Assembly (NCBI GenBank): GCA_041659685.1
Contig: JBAZXV010000001.1
Span: 24,226 to 88,225 of the forward strand
Direction: 5' to 3'
Source of the DNA: Parcubacteria group bacterium
GTDB lineage: Bacteria; Patescibacteriota; Minisyncoccia; Moranbacterales; UBA11712
Length of the DNA: 64,000 bases
The notes beneath the pieces were generated by a model. It was not told where the DNA came from. It made no database searches and saw nothing but the letters and a program-made list of their open reading frames with translations. Within the stretch, counting starts at the first letter, position 1. Each line of letters opens with the position of its first letter. Positions 29,163 through 38,972 of this stretch are shown here, piece by piece. A program made the translations under genes and the position numbers.

Positions 29163-30176
29163 ATGAGCGACGCCACACAACCCAGCGCGGAAAAAACAGA
29201 TTCCTGCGGCCAAAAATCAGGACCTGGCGCTTTTATGCCGGGCGGCAAGCCGCATCTTTCAGTTATTGTTCCGCTTTATAACGAAGAGGGGAATGTTGGG
29301 GAATTGCACAAAAAAACCGTCGAAGCGCTGAATGATTTGGGCGAGCCTTTTGAAATTTTATTTATCGATGATGGAAGCACGGACAAAACCAATGAGCTCT
29401 GCCGCGTGTTAAATCCGCTGAAACTCATCACCTTTCGCAAAAATTTTGGACAGACAGCGGCCTTCGATGCGGGAATAAAAAATTCCGGCGGGGAAATAAT
29501 CGTCACTATGGACGGCGATCTTCAGAATGATCCGGCGGACATAAAGCTGCTGCTTGAAAAAATGAATGAGGGATATGACGTTGTTTCCGGCTGGAGAAAG
29601 AAAAGGAAAGATCCTGTCATGAAAAACATTTCTTCCCGCGCCGCCAATTTGGCCAGGAAATTTTTAATTGACGACGGAATCCATGACAGCGGATGCAGTC
29701 TGAAAGCCTACCGCCGGGAATGCTTTGAGGATGTGGATCTTTTTGGAGAGATGCATCGCTTTATACCCGCAACACTGAAAGTTCAGGGGTTCAGACTCGC
29801 TGAGGTTCCCGTAAGCCACCATCCGCGTAAATTCGGGGTCACGAAATATAACTGGAGGCGGGGAGTCAAGGGTTTCGTTGACATGATTTCCGTTTGGTTC
29901 TGGAAAAAATATGCCAACCGGCCCCTGCATCTTTTCGGAGCGGGCGGATTGGGGATTTTTTTCTTAGGCATCCTGTCCGGATTGGCTCTTGTTGTTGCTC
30001 GGGTTTTTTATGCCGTGCCGATGTCAAACAAGATTTGGCCTCTTATTGCCATCTTTTTGGTCCTTATGGGCATCCAACTTTTCATTTTCGGGCTTCTGGC
30101 CGATATCGCCGTCAAAAATTATTACAAGGCGCAGGGAAAGATGAATTATAAAATAAAAAATATCATTGAACATTGA
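29163..30176 (+). CDS. GT2 polyprenol-phosphate glycosyltransferase (GtrB/ArnC/Dpm-like) with C-terminal TM helices
   Basis: 'LSVIVPLYNEEGNV', 'ILFIDDGSTDKT', 'TMDGDLQNDP', 'SGCSLKAYRRE'; hydrophobic C-terminus. True start could be the internal ATG at 29235 (MPGGKPHLSVIVP). Confidence 0.85.
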   Translation: MSDATQPSAEKTDSCGQKSGPGAFMPGGKPHLSVIVPLYNEEGNVGELHKKTVEALNDLGEPFEILFIDDGSTDKTNELCRVLNPLKLITFRKNFGQTAAFDAGIKNSGGEIIVTMDGDLQNDPADIKLLLEKMNEGYDVVSGWRKKRKDPVMKNISSRAANLARKFLIDDGIHDSGCSLKAYRRECFEDVDLFGEMHRFIPATLKVQGFRLAEVPVSHHPRKFGVTKYNWRRGVKGFVDMISVWFWKKYANRPLHLFGAGGLGIFFLGILSGLALVVARVFYAVPMSNKIWPLIAIFLVLMGIQLFIFGLLADIAVKNYYKAQGKMNYKIKNIIEH

Positions 30177-30214
30177 CCATCAGTCATTGATCAATGTTTA
30201 ATATTTGATGATTA

Positions 30215-31348
30215 ATGAAGATATTAACCATCGCCGCCACGCCTTTTTTTTCGAATCGGGGCGGACATATGCGGATTTATAACGAAGCGAAATATCTCAA
30301 GAAACTGGGCGCTGATGTGCGCCTTTCGACTTATCATATAGGCGAGGATGTTCCCGGATTTGAAGTCGTGCGCATCCGGGGTCCGAAAAAATATAAAAAA
30401 AATTCTCCCGGCTTTTCTTGGGGAAAGATTTGGCTTGACTGGAAGCTTCTTTTTCTGGTCCGCCGGGAAATAAGGAAATTTCGTCCGGATGCAATCCATG
30501 CGCATTTATATGAAGGATTGGCGGTCGGATATTTGGCGAAAAGATTATCTTTTTCAAAGGTTCCGATTGTTTTTGATCTCCAGGGGAATATCGACGAAGA
30601 GTTCAGGAGTTATAGCCGGAAAAATTCCTTTGCCCGCAAAATTTTTGTTTGGCTTTCGAAAATCGTCATTAAATGGGCCGATAAAATTGTCATCAGCAGT
30701 GAAAATGTTATCTGTAGACGTCCGACGTCTACAATCATTATAAAAGACGGGATCGATTTGGATTTGTTTGAAAATCTTCAGGATTTGTCGGAGGAGGAGC
30801 GAGATAAGATTGAAGAAATAAAAAATTGGTCCGGAGACAAGAAAATATTGGCTTACATCGGCGGATTGAGCGATAATAAGGGGGTCGGGGAATTGCTCGA
30901 GGCGCTTCCGAAGGTCGAACCTTCGGAAAGAAATTCCTGGAAGCTTTTGCTCGGCGGGTATGGAAGCGACGAAGTGAAATATAAAGAGTTTATCGAGGAA
31001 AATAACTTAGAAGAGCGCGTGTATTTTTCAGGACCGATAAGCTATTTCTCACTGCCGCATTATCTGGCGCTTGCCGATGCGGGAATTGATCCAAAAAAAG
31101 GTTCGGCTGAATCAAGCGGAAAAATAGCCAATTTAATGGCCGCGGGATTGCCGATTATCTGTTTTGAAAATGAGTTTAACCGCTCGCGGATTGGTGAAAA
31201 AGGGATATACTTGAAAGATATGAGTGAATTAGGCGAGAAGCTAGATAATATTCAAGATACCGGGAAAATAAAATATAACATAGATGATTTGAGCGAAGAA
31301 AAAGAAGTCCGGAAATTGTTAGAAATATTCCAATCGTTAACAAAATAA
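30215..31348 (+). CDS. GT4-like (GT-B) glycosyltransferase
   Basis: 377 aa; 'KILTIAATPFFSNRGGHMRIYNEAKYL'; C-terminal 'LPHYLALADAGIDPKKGSAESSGKIANLMAAGLPIICFE'. Confidence 0.7.
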   Translation: MKILTIAATPFFSNRGGHMRIYNEAKYLKKLGADVRLSTYHIGEDVPGFEVVRIRGPKKYKKNSPGFSWGKIWLDWKLLFLVRREIRKFRPDAIHAHLYEGLAVGYLAKRLSFSKVPIVFDLQGNIDEEFRSYSRKNSFARKIFVWLSKIVIKWADKIVISSENVICRRPTSTIIIKDGIDLDLFENLQDLSEEERDKIEEIKNWSGDKKILAYIGGLSDNKGVGELLEALPKVEPSERNSWKLLLGGYGSDEVKYKEFIEENNLEERVYFSGPISYFSLPHYLALADAGIDPKKGSAESSGKIANLMAAGLPIICFENEFNRSRIGEKGIYLKDMSELGEKLDNIQDTGKIKYNIDDLSEEKEVRKLLEIFQSLTK

Positions 31349-31394
31349 ATTTTCATCAGTAAATTAGCTTACTGATTCAGAAATAATATAAAAA

Positions 31395-31625
31395 ATGACA
31401 AAGAAGATTACCTGCAAAACGGGGCTCAAGAAGAACGTAATCAATAAAAAAGTTTTCGATCGGGAAGCGGCCCTTTGCCGAATGCTTTCAAAGAAAAACA
31501 AGAGTAAATGCGGTTGGGGAAAATGCAAAGATTGCGGAGTTGTTCCATTGCTAATAAAGTTACACGAAGGGAAATTGATTGAAGGAAAAAACAACATCAA
31601 TTCAGCGCGAAAAAAATATTTGTAA
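31395..31625 (+). CDS. small basic Cys-rich protein (76 aa), possible zinc ribbon
   Basis: Lys-rich; Cys at 7, 28, 39, 44, 47 including 'CGWGKCKDCG'. ATG start; stops 10 nt before next ATG. The opposite-strand ORF 31364..31600 looks like junk. Confidence 0.35.
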   Translation: MTKKITCKTGLKKNVINKKVFDREAALCRMLSKKNKSKCGWGKCKDCGVVPLLIKLHEGKLIEGKNNINSARKKYL

Positions 31626-31635
31626 TATCAAATTC

Positions 31636-32430
31636 ATGGAAGGAGAAAACCATATTTTTGACTGGACAGATAAAATTGACCCGAAACTCTTTTCGAAAAA
31701 TTATCCGGATAAAAGCGAAAGGAAACATGAGCTGAAGATACTGGGACTGCCGACATACAAAGAAATTATCGTAAATTTGGAGGAGTTCAACTCGGATCCG
31801 GATGTTTTTTTGAACCAGGTTGCTTTTGCAGGCCGCCCAGCTGAGAATTATTATTTTACTATATTTCCAAATTCAATTGCGCAGAATGAAGGCGGACTAA
31901 GCACAGGCAGGCAGGGATTTAGCAAGGATCAGTTGATTAACTTCGTAGGGGAGCAAAAAATTAATTTAGCGAACCACACAATAATGATAGAACCCCACCA
32001 CAAGAAAGAATATTCGGGAACAATTCATGTAGGCTCGAACGGGGAAATATGCGGCGAATTTATCTCGGGAAAGGAACAAAGCGCTATTTCACGGGGAGAA
32101 GTTAATCCCGAATTCAGAATTGAGGGAAGATTAGAAAACCTTGAGGCTCTTCATTCTCGCTCTCCAGAAAATCCCGAAAATACAACTAACATGCAAAATA
32201 TTTTCGAAGGATCAGTCAGAAGAGTTGGGGAGGCAGTCAAGAAAAAATTTGGAAGGAGAGTGCCAACTGATCTGGACTTAGATTTCGAATTATTTTACAT
32301 TTCACCCGGAGAGAATCAGGAATTGCAGCCGATATTTTTTGATATCCTTGATCATTCGGCTGCCAAAAAAGATATTGCGATGAGAAGCAGGTTTAACGTG
32401 GCTGATTGGAGAAATCGAACTTCCGAATAA
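31636..32430 (+). CDS. hypothetical protein (264 aa), no recognisable domain
   Basis: Track ORF starts at TTG 31579; first ATG at 31636 (MEGENHIFDW). Soluble, no TM. Confidence 0.55.
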   Translation: MEGENHIFDWTDKIDPKLFSKNYPDKSERKHELKILGLPTYKEIIVNLEEFNSDPDVFLNQVAFAGRPAENYYFTIFPNSIAQNEGGLSTGRQGFSKDQLINFVGEQKINLANHTIMIEPHHKKEYSGTIHVGSNGEICGEFISGKEQSAISRGEVNPEFRIEGRLENLEALHSRSPENPENTTNMQNIFEGSVRRVGEAVKKKFGRRVPTDLDLDFELFYISPGENQELQPIFFDILDHSAAKKDIAMRSRFNVADWRNRTSE

Positions 32431-32450
32431 AATGTTGATTATAGAAATAT

Positions 32451-33038
32451 ATGCAAATCGAATACGAGGCGACGTTTGAAAATATAGACAAAGGTGAAAT
32501 AAAGGAGCGGCTTGAAAAGGCGGGAGCAAAGCTTGTCCGGCCGGAATTTATGCAAAAAAGAGTAACGCTTCAGCTTCCGAAGGGGCAGGATGCTCCGAAT
32601 AAATGGCTTCGAGTCAGGGATGAGGGCGACAGGATAACCATGACCTTCAAGCATTTCGACGGAGACAATATCGATAATCAAAAAGAGTTGTTAATCGTTG
32701 TGGACAGTTTTGAGAAAACGGTGGAATTCTTATTGCATATCGGCTGCATTGAAAAATCTTATCAGGAATCGAGGAGAGAACTCTGGACGCTGGACGGCGC
32801 GGAGATTACGATCGACGAGTGGCCTTTTCTTGATCCGTTTGTGGAGGTTGAGGGAAAAAACGAGAAAGAGGTGAGGGATATTTCCGAAAAATTGGGGTTC
32901 AATTGGGAAAACGCGCTTTTTTGCGCGGTTGGGCATCAATATGAGAGAAAATACGGCGTAGCGGAGGATTATTTCAACAGTAAAATTTCGAAGGTTACGT
33001 TCGATATGGAGAACCCGTTTACGGATATAAAGGCCTAG
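32451..33038 (+). CDS. CYTH-domain protein (CyaB / triphosphate-tunnel metalloenzyme-like)
   Basis: 195 aa; N-terminal 'MQIEYEATFE' matches the E-x-E-x-(K) start of CYTH/CyaB ('YEVEFKF' in Aeromonas CyaB); size fits. Confidence 0.5.
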   Translation: MQIEYEATFENIDKGEIKERLEKAGAKLVRPEFMQKRVTLQLPKGQDAPNKWLRVRDEGDRITMTFKHFDGDNIDNQKELLIVVDSFEKTVEFLLHIGCIEKSYQESRRELWTLDGAEITIDEWPFLDPFVEVEGKNEKEVRDISEKLGFNWENALFCAVGHQYERKYGVAEDYFNSKISKVTFDMENPFTDIKA

Positions 33039-33087
33039 AAAATTCAGTGCGGTAAGGCGGCATACCGCGCTGATAAATATATCATTT

Positions 33088-34272
33088 ATGAAATCGTGGG
33101 CTGTAAAACTGGGAAAAGGAATCGGCGCAATGAAGCGCGACGGAATATGGCGGGGCGGAAAACGCTCAGTCCGGTCTTTTTTAAAATTATTCCGACGGGT
33201 CGGGTCGGGAGATATTCTTTTTATTTCCAGCGGAGTGGGAGACAGCGCCAAATACCGCTCCAATCGGCAAGCGGAAGAACTTTCTCTTCATGGGTTCAAA
33301 TGTTCGGTTACTGTCCAGGATAATCCGCTTCTTCCGAAATATGCGGATCGCTTCAACATCTTCATCTTTCAAAAAACAATATATTCAAAAACAGTCGCGA
33401 GATTAATTGAAAAAATAAAAAAACAGGAAAAGGAAATTATTTTTGAAACTGATGATTTGGTTTTTGATCCGGAATATGTCCGCCAAATGGATTTTTTCGA
33501 AAAACTCAATACCCTTGAAAAGAAACAGTATGAAACAGGAGTGGGGAGTGAAATACTTCGGGACGATTATGTCAAAAATTGCGTGACAACGACTTCTTTT
33601 CTGGCCGAAAAGCTCAAAAAATACGGAAAGCGGGTTTATATCTCGAAAAACAAGCTTTCAAATTATGATTCTGGAATAGCGGAAGAATTATACAACAAGA
33701 AGATCGATAATACCGGCAAAAATCCGGCTTTGGTCAAAATCGGATATTTTTCCGGAACGGCCAGTCATGATAAAGATTTTGAGGCGGCGCGGGAGGCGCT
33801 GGTCCGTATTCTTGAGAAATTTCCGGATGTCGAACTGAATCTTTTCGGGCCGCTTGAAGCAAGCGGCATTTATAAAAGATTCGGCCATCGGATCAAAAAG
33901 CACCCGTTTGTTTCCTGGGAGAAACATCTTGAAAATATCTCAAAAGTTGACATAAATATCGCTCCGCTTGAGATTGGGAACCCTTTTTGCGAGTCGAAGT
34001 CAGAGCTGAAATTCATTGAAGCTGGAATAGTCGGCGTGCCGACGGTTGCTTCGACGACAGGAACGTTTCGGGAGACGATTGAAGACGGAATTGATGGTTT
34101 TGTCGCTTTTAACGAAAATGAGTGGGTTGAAAAACTTGAACGGCTGATCGGCGATAAAAAATTCAGGGAAGAAATGGGAAGCAAGGCAAGGGAGAAAGTG
34201 CTGAAAAATTATACGAATAAAATCAGCTGCAACGAAGAATATTATGATTTTCTGCGATCAAAAAATAGATAG
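33088..34272 (+). CDS. GT1/GT4-like (GT-B) glycosyltransferase
   Basis: C-terminal 'ESKSELKFIEAGIVGVPTVASTTGTFRETIEDGIDGFV' = E-x7-E donor-binding motif; 394 aa. Confidence 0.7.
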   Translation: MKSWAVKLGKGIGAMKRDGIWRGGKRSVRSFLKLFRRVGSGDILFISSGVGDSAKYRSNRQAEELSLHGFKCSVTVQDNPLLPKYADRFNIFIFQKTIYSKTVARLIEKIKKQEKEIIFETDDLVFDPEYVRQMDFFEKLNTLEKKQYETGVGSEILRDDYVKNCVTTTSFLAEKLKKYGKRVYISKNKLSNYDSGIAEELYNKKIDNTGKNPALVKIGYFSGTASHDKDFEAAREALVRILEKFPDVELNLFGPLEASGIYKRFGHRIKKHPFVSWEKHLENISKVDINIAPLEIGNPFCESKSELKFIEAGIVGVPTVASTTGTFRETIEDGIDGFVAFNENEWVEKLERLIGDKKFREEMGSKAREKVLKNYTNKISCNEEYYDFLRSKNR

Positions 34273-34273
34273 T

Positions 34274-34319
34274 CAAATACTTCCACCATTGTAATGGTGG
34301 AAGTATTTGGCCGTTTTTA
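34274..34319 (+). terminator. rho-independent terminator (17-bp perfect stem plus T-tract)
   Basis: 'caaatacttccaccatt gt aatggtggaagtatttg' followed by 'gccgttttt'; begins 2 nt after the stop codon at 34272. Confidence 0.75.
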
Positions 34320-34338
34320 ACTTTTGTGGGTTTGGTTT

Positions 34339-35334
34339 ATGAGAAAAGTTGCCATTGTTATCGTGAATTGGAACGGGAAGAAATATCTTAAGGATTGTTT
34401 TGAATCGCTAAAGGTGCAAACGGAAAAAAACTTCAGGGTGATTTTTGTCGACAACGGATCGGAGGACGGTTCGGTTGATTTTTTGAAAAATAATTATTCG
34501 AGCTTCGGAGGCCCGGATGCGGACATTATCCGGCTGGGGAAAAATACAGGTTTTTGTTTCGGCTTCAACGCCGGAATCAAGAAGGCGCTTGGATATGAAA
34601 ATATCAGGCATGTGATTGTCCTTAATAACGACACGAAGCTTGATGAAAAATATATTGAAGAAATATCAGCCTGCGCCGAAAGGCATCCGGATGCCGGTTC
34701 GGTCCAGCCGAAAGTGATAAATTTCTTCGATAAAGATAAGATCGACTGCGCCGGGATTTATATAAGCCGAGACGGAACTGCGCATAACAGAGGATACGGC
34801 GAAGATGAGAAAAAATATTCGGAAGAAAAAGAGATTTTCGGGGCAAACGGGACGGCCTCGCTCTTTACCCGCCAGGCACTTGAAAAAACATCCCTTTCGG
34901 AGCATAATTACTTCGACAATGGCTATTTCGCGTTTTATGAAGATGTAGATTTGGCCTGGCGATTAAAAACTGCCGGTTTTAAATCTTATTATTGCCCGGG
35001 CGCGGTCGTGTCGCATGTCCACAGCGGAACGGCAGGGAAGGCTTCTCTTATGAAGGCGTATTATCTGCATCGGAATTATTTTTTTACGGTCATCAAGAAC
35101 TATCCCTGCGGAAAAGTAGTAAAAACGCTTGTTTGGCGTTTTTTGAGTTATGTTCAGCTCATTTTCAATGTTTTCCGAAGAGAGAAAAGGGAAGCGGAGT
35201 TCGTAAAGGGGCACAGCAAAGGAGAGGTGGCGGTCGTGATTCTGGAGGCCTGGGGGAGTGTTATTTATAATCTTCCGGAACTGATAAGGAAAAGAAGGTT
35301 AATCAAAAAGCAAAGAGAAAAAGGCGATTTGTAA
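34339..35334 (+). CDS. family-2 glycosyltransferase
   Basis: Track start is TTG (34324); ATG at 34339 'MRKVAIVIVNWNGKKYLKDCFESL...FRVIFVDNGSEDGS'; 'YEDVDLAWR'. Confidence 0.8.
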   Translation: MRKVAIVIVNWNGKKYLKDCFESLKVQTEKNFRVIFVDNGSEDGSVDFLKNNYSSFGGPDADIIRLGKNTGFCFGFNAGIKKALGYENIRHVIVLNNDTKLDEKYIEEISACAERHPDAGSVQPKVINFFDKDKIDCAGIYISRDGTAHNRGYGEDEKKYSEEKEIFGANGTASLFTRQALEKTSLSEHNYFDNGYFAFYEDVDLAWRLKTAGFKSYYCPGAVVSHVHSGTAGKASLMKAYYLHRNYFFTVIKNYPCGKVVKTLVWRFLSYVQLIFNVFRREKREAEFVKGHSKGEVAVVILEAWGSVIYNLPELIRKRRLIKKQREKGDL

Positions 35335-35380
35335 TTTGGGTTTTTCAAGTTACTGATTGATAACAACGAAATGAATACTC

Positions 35381-37039
35381 TTGAAATTTAAGCCGGACTG
35401 GAAAATAGCATTATTTTTATTTATAATCGCTCTTGCGGTCTTTTTGCGCGTCTATCATTTTTCCGACTGGCTCTTTTTCAAAATGGATCAGGCGCGGGAT
35501 GCATCGACGATACAGCAGGCCTTTGAATTCGGTCCGGGATGGCTTCCCCTGCTCGGCCCGAAAGCGGGCGGAACGGAGCTTAATCTTGGGCCGGCTTTTT
35601 ATTATTTTCAATATATTTCCGCCGTTCTTTTTCAGAATGCGAATCCGGCCACCCTGGCCTTTCCGGATCTTTTATTCGGAATTCTCTCGATCCCGCTTTT
35701 TTATTTTTTTCTCAGGAAATATTTTTCCCGCGATTGGTCGATGGTGCTGGCAAGCCTATATGCCGTTTGTTTTCTCGGGATCCAGTATTCGAGGTTTTCC
35801 TGGAATCCGAACGGGCTCGTTTTCTTCAATCTCCTGTTCTTTTTGTCGCTTCTCAATGTTTTCGACGAAAAGATAAAATATCGGCTCCGCTGGATAATTT
35901 CAGCAGGGGTTTCATTCGCCGTCTCGACACAGCTTCATTTTCTCTCTTTTCTGACACTGCCGGTGATAACATTGGTGTTTATCGCCCTCAACTGGAAAGA
36001 GGCGAGGAAAGTTTTGAACTGGAAGCATGCCGCTTTGTTTATTTCAATCGTGGCTGTGGTTTATCTTCCGGTAATCCTGAATGAGATTGTTTCGAAAGGG
36101 GAAAATACAACCGAATTCATTAAAGCCGTCAGAGAAAAACCCTCAGCGCACAGTTTTTTGAAAAACGTTAACCGGGATCTGCGTTATTGGGGGCAAAACT
36201 GGTTTTTAATTCTTACCAGCTGGATAAGCCGGAAAGGGGGAACGAACGGAATGATTTTGGCTTGGCTCGGCGCGATTATTCCGGCTCTTTTCATCGGCTT
36301 CAATTTTTTCCGAAGGGAAGAAAACCGGGTAAAGAAAAAATTTATTTTAATAACGCTGCTCTGGTTTATAATTTATCTTCTGGCTTATATTCCGATCGCT
36401 TATCAAATTCGGCCGAGATTTTTTCTCCCCTTACTTTCTCTTCCGTTCATATATATTGGATATACCGCCTTGTTTTTCTGGGAAAAAAAGAAAGTATACT
36501 GGAAAATTATTGTTGCTGCCGGCCTGCTGATAATCTTTTTTGGAAACATAGCGGGAACCTTTGCCTGGTTTAAAGAGATTGAGGGCGCTCAGAAAAAAGG
36601 GATATATCCCTGGCGGACAATTATTTTAAAAGCAAAAGACGGAATTGTTCTTTGGCATCTCGAAAAGGCGGCCGATTACATGCAGTCCAATTGCGCAGGA
36701 AACAAAATATATTATGACGTATCCTCCGAATACAAACGCCCGGTGAAATATTTGCTTGGTTTGCGGGGCATCGACGCCGAACCGATCGGAAGCCTTGAGT
36801 CCGGAAACAGGGAATCCTGCGCGTATGATCTTAAATTAACCCGATCTAAAAATAAATCTCCCGGAAAAGAACTGGAGGCGGAATTTCAGGCAGGGGAGGC
36901 GGAAAAAATAGGCGCTTTAAGCGTGTATAAGCTGAATGTGAGGGAAGAATTTTTCGGACAAGCGCTTTCAACTCATAAGAAAGGATCGGAAGAAAATGAA
37001 AAAACAAATCGCATATTTTGGAAAGATATCGTAAGATAG
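35381..37039 (+). CDS. ArnT-like GT-C membrane glycosyltransferase, tandem paralog A
   Basis: 552 aa polytopic; 'VYHFSDWLFFKMDQARDA' (cf. ArnT 'DEARYA'); TTG start with no in-frame ATG upstream. Confidence 0.6.
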   Translation: MKFKPDWKIALFLFIIALAVFLRVYHFSDWLFFKMDQARDASTIQQAFEFGPGWLPLLGPKAGGTELNLGPAFYYFQYISAVLFQNANPATLAFPDLLFGILSIPLFYFFLRKYFSRDWSMVLASLYAVCFLGIQYSRFSWNPNGLVFFNLLFFLSLLNVFDEKIKYRLRWIISAGVSFAVSTQLHFLSFLTLPVITLVFIALNWKEARKVLNWKHAALFISIVAVVYLPVILNEIVSKGENTTEFIKAVREKPSAHSFLKNVNRDLRYWGQNWFLILTSWISRKGGTNGMILAWLGAIIPALFIGFNFFRREENRVKKKFILITLLWFIIYLLAYIPIAYQIRPRFFLPLLSLPFIYIGYTALFFWEKKKVYWKIIVAAGLLIIFFGNIAGTFAWFKEIEGAQKKGIYPWRTIILKAKDGIVLWHLEKAADYMQSNCAGNKIYYDVSSEYKRPVKYLLGLRGIDAEPIGSLESGNRESCAYDLKLTRSKNKSPGKELEAEFQAGEAEKIGALSVYKLNVREEFFGQALSTHKKGSEENEKTNRIFWKDIVR

Positions 37040-37123
37040 TATAATATTTCTGTGTTTATGGGAAATGGCGTCTTCCGATGTTTTGACAGTTGAATCGGGG
37101 CTAAGAATGAATTTCCGGTTTTT

Positions 37124-38815
37124 GTGAAAAATAAATTTGGAAAAATAAAATACGATTGGAAATTTGCCTTGTTCCTACTTGCTTTTGCAGCCGGTATTTT
37201 TCTTCGCATCTATCATTTTTCCGACTGGCTTTACTTCAAGCTTGACCAGGCCCGCGACGCCTTTATCGCGCTTCAGGCTTTTGAAAAAGGGCCTGGCTAT
37301 CTGCCTCTCCTGGGAGCGAGGGCAGGCGGGACATATCTTCTTTTGGGTCCTGTATATTATTATTTCCAATATTTGGCTCTCCTTATCACAAGAAACGCTT
37401 ACCCGGCGACCTATGCGCTGCCGGATCTTTTTTTTGCCATTCTGTCCGTTCCCATGTTTTATATTTTTATTAAGAGGTACTTTGGCCGTAATTGGGCCCT
37501 TTATCTTGCTTCCGTGCTTGCCCTGTGTTTCTTTGCCATTGAATATTCGAGGTTTTCCTGGAACACCAATCCGCTTCCATTTTTCACTCTCCTTTATTTT
37601 TTTTCTCTCTTAAAATCTCTTGAAAGCGAGGGCAGGAAAGCTCTTTGGTGGGCGCTGATTTCTGGAGTGGCCCTTTCAGTAACGAGCCAGCTTCATTTTC
37701 TGGCCTTTCTCGGGTTTCCGGTCGTGACATTTCTGCTCATCATCATTGATCGGAAGAATTTAAGGGGAAAAACGGGCTGGCGGATAATTTTGGTCTTCCT
37801 GTCGGGTTTTCTCATTCTTTATGTTCCGTGGATACTGAGCGATCTGGGGAATAACTGGAAAAACACCCTTCATTTTTGGGATGCGGTGCTTACGAAACTT
37901 TTCAGCGCCACGCTTTGGCAGGATGTGGTGCTGGGATTTGCTTATTTTGCTCAGGACTGGATAATCATACTCACCGGATATGTGGCAACGATGAAAGAGC
38001 ATCTCTTGTTCCTTTTGGCCTGGATTGTGTTTATTCTCCCGTCGATCTTCCTGAACTGGAAATTTTATCGGAGCGAACAGGACGCAAAGAAAAGGAGATT
38101 TCTTCTTTTGACGCTTCTTTGGTTTCTTATTTTTCTTATAGTGTATATTCCCATCGGGCATCAGCTTAGGGCCCGGTACTTTCTTGTAATGGAGGCGTTG
38201 CCCCTTATATATCTCGGTTACATATTGAAATACATAAATTCTCTTCGGCGGCGGGGAAAGAATGTCGCGGTCGCGGCGGTCGCGGCGGCGGTAATTATCG
38301 GCAATCTGGCCGGAACATATCTTTGGTTCAATCAGCTTGCGCTTGCGGAAAAACAGACTTCGGTTGATTCAAAAAGGACATTTGTGTTCAAGGAAGAGGA
38401 TGATGTGACTCTCTGGCATATCGATCAGGCGGCGAAATATATCACCGATAACTGCACAGGCAAAGAAGTGCGCTTTGCCGCTCCGCCCGTCCATTTGAAA
38501 GCGGTTGACTATATGCTTCGGTATTACGCGGCAAAAAAAACGGCAGAACAAAAATCCAAGTCGGGGGAATATTGTTTTTATGCCGTCGGATCTTCAAAGA
38601 GTGATATGGGATATGTCGACGCGAATGTTAAGAATAATTTCCATGTGGCCGAAAGAAAGATTTTCGGCCTGGTCGGAGTTTATAAAATTGAACCAAATGA
38701 TCCGAAAAATATCTCATTTAAACGGCTTTACGACATAAACAGCGACGAAATAACCGAGGAGACAAAGGCTAACAGGATTTATTGGAAAGATTTATTTTCT
38801 CCCGGCAAAAATTAA
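37124..38815 (+). CDS. ArnT-like GT-C membrane glycosyltransferase, tandem paralog B
   Basis: 563 aa; 'IYHFSDWLYFKLDQARDA'; collinear with paralog A along its length; GTG start. A 22-nt DNA segment 'tctatcatttttccgactggct' is shared by both. Confidence 0.6.
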   Translation: MKNKFGKIKYDWKFALFLLAFAAGIFLRIYHFSDWLYFKLDQARDAFIALQAFEKGPGYLPLLGARAGGTYLLLGPVYYYFQYLALLITRNAYPATYALPDLFFAILSVPMFYIFIKRYFGRNWALYLASVLALCFFAIEYSRFSWNTNPLPFFTLLYFFSLLKSLESEGRKALWWALISGVALSVTSQLHFLAFLGFPVVTFLLIIIDRKNLRGKTGWRIILVFLSGFLILYVPWILSDLGNNWKNTLHFWDAVLTKLFSATLWQDVVLGFAYFAQDWIIILTGYVATMKEHLLFLLAWIVFILPSIFLNWKFYRSEQDAKKRRFLLLTLLWFLIFLIVYIPIGHQLRARYFLVMEALPLIYLGYILKYINSLRRRGKNVAVAAVAAAVIIGNLAGTYLWFNQLALAEKQTSVDSKRTFVFKEEDDVTLWHIDQAAKYITDNCTGKEVRFAAPPVHLKAVDYMLRYYAAKKTAEQKSKSGEYCFYAVGSSKSDMGYVDANVKNNFHVAERKIFGLVGVYKIEPNDPKNISFKRLYDINSDEITEETKANRIYWKDLFSPGKN

Positions 38816-38972
38816 TTGGAACATAAGCGCCGTTCGCCCCGGATGAAAATAAATTTTCACTTGCGAGCTCGCTAGCAATTATAATTTTTTCGTGTTTGCG
38901 GGAAGACGGGCGGGGGGTGGAAAAAATAATTTTGATATATTAAAATGGGATTAGTGAATTAAAATACCTACT

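Noticed and set aside
30161-30200. Imperfect palindrome (aacattga...tcaatgtt) overlapping the stop of the GtrB-like gene
   Set aside because: The stem is imperfect and no T-tract follows. The next gene starts 39 nt later, so probably no terminator.
31364-31600. 78-aa minus-strand ORF in the 231-nt gap after the GT4 gene
   Set aside because: Its translation is hydrophobic low-complexity. The plus-strand 76-aa Cys-rich ORF fits operon polarity and spacing better.
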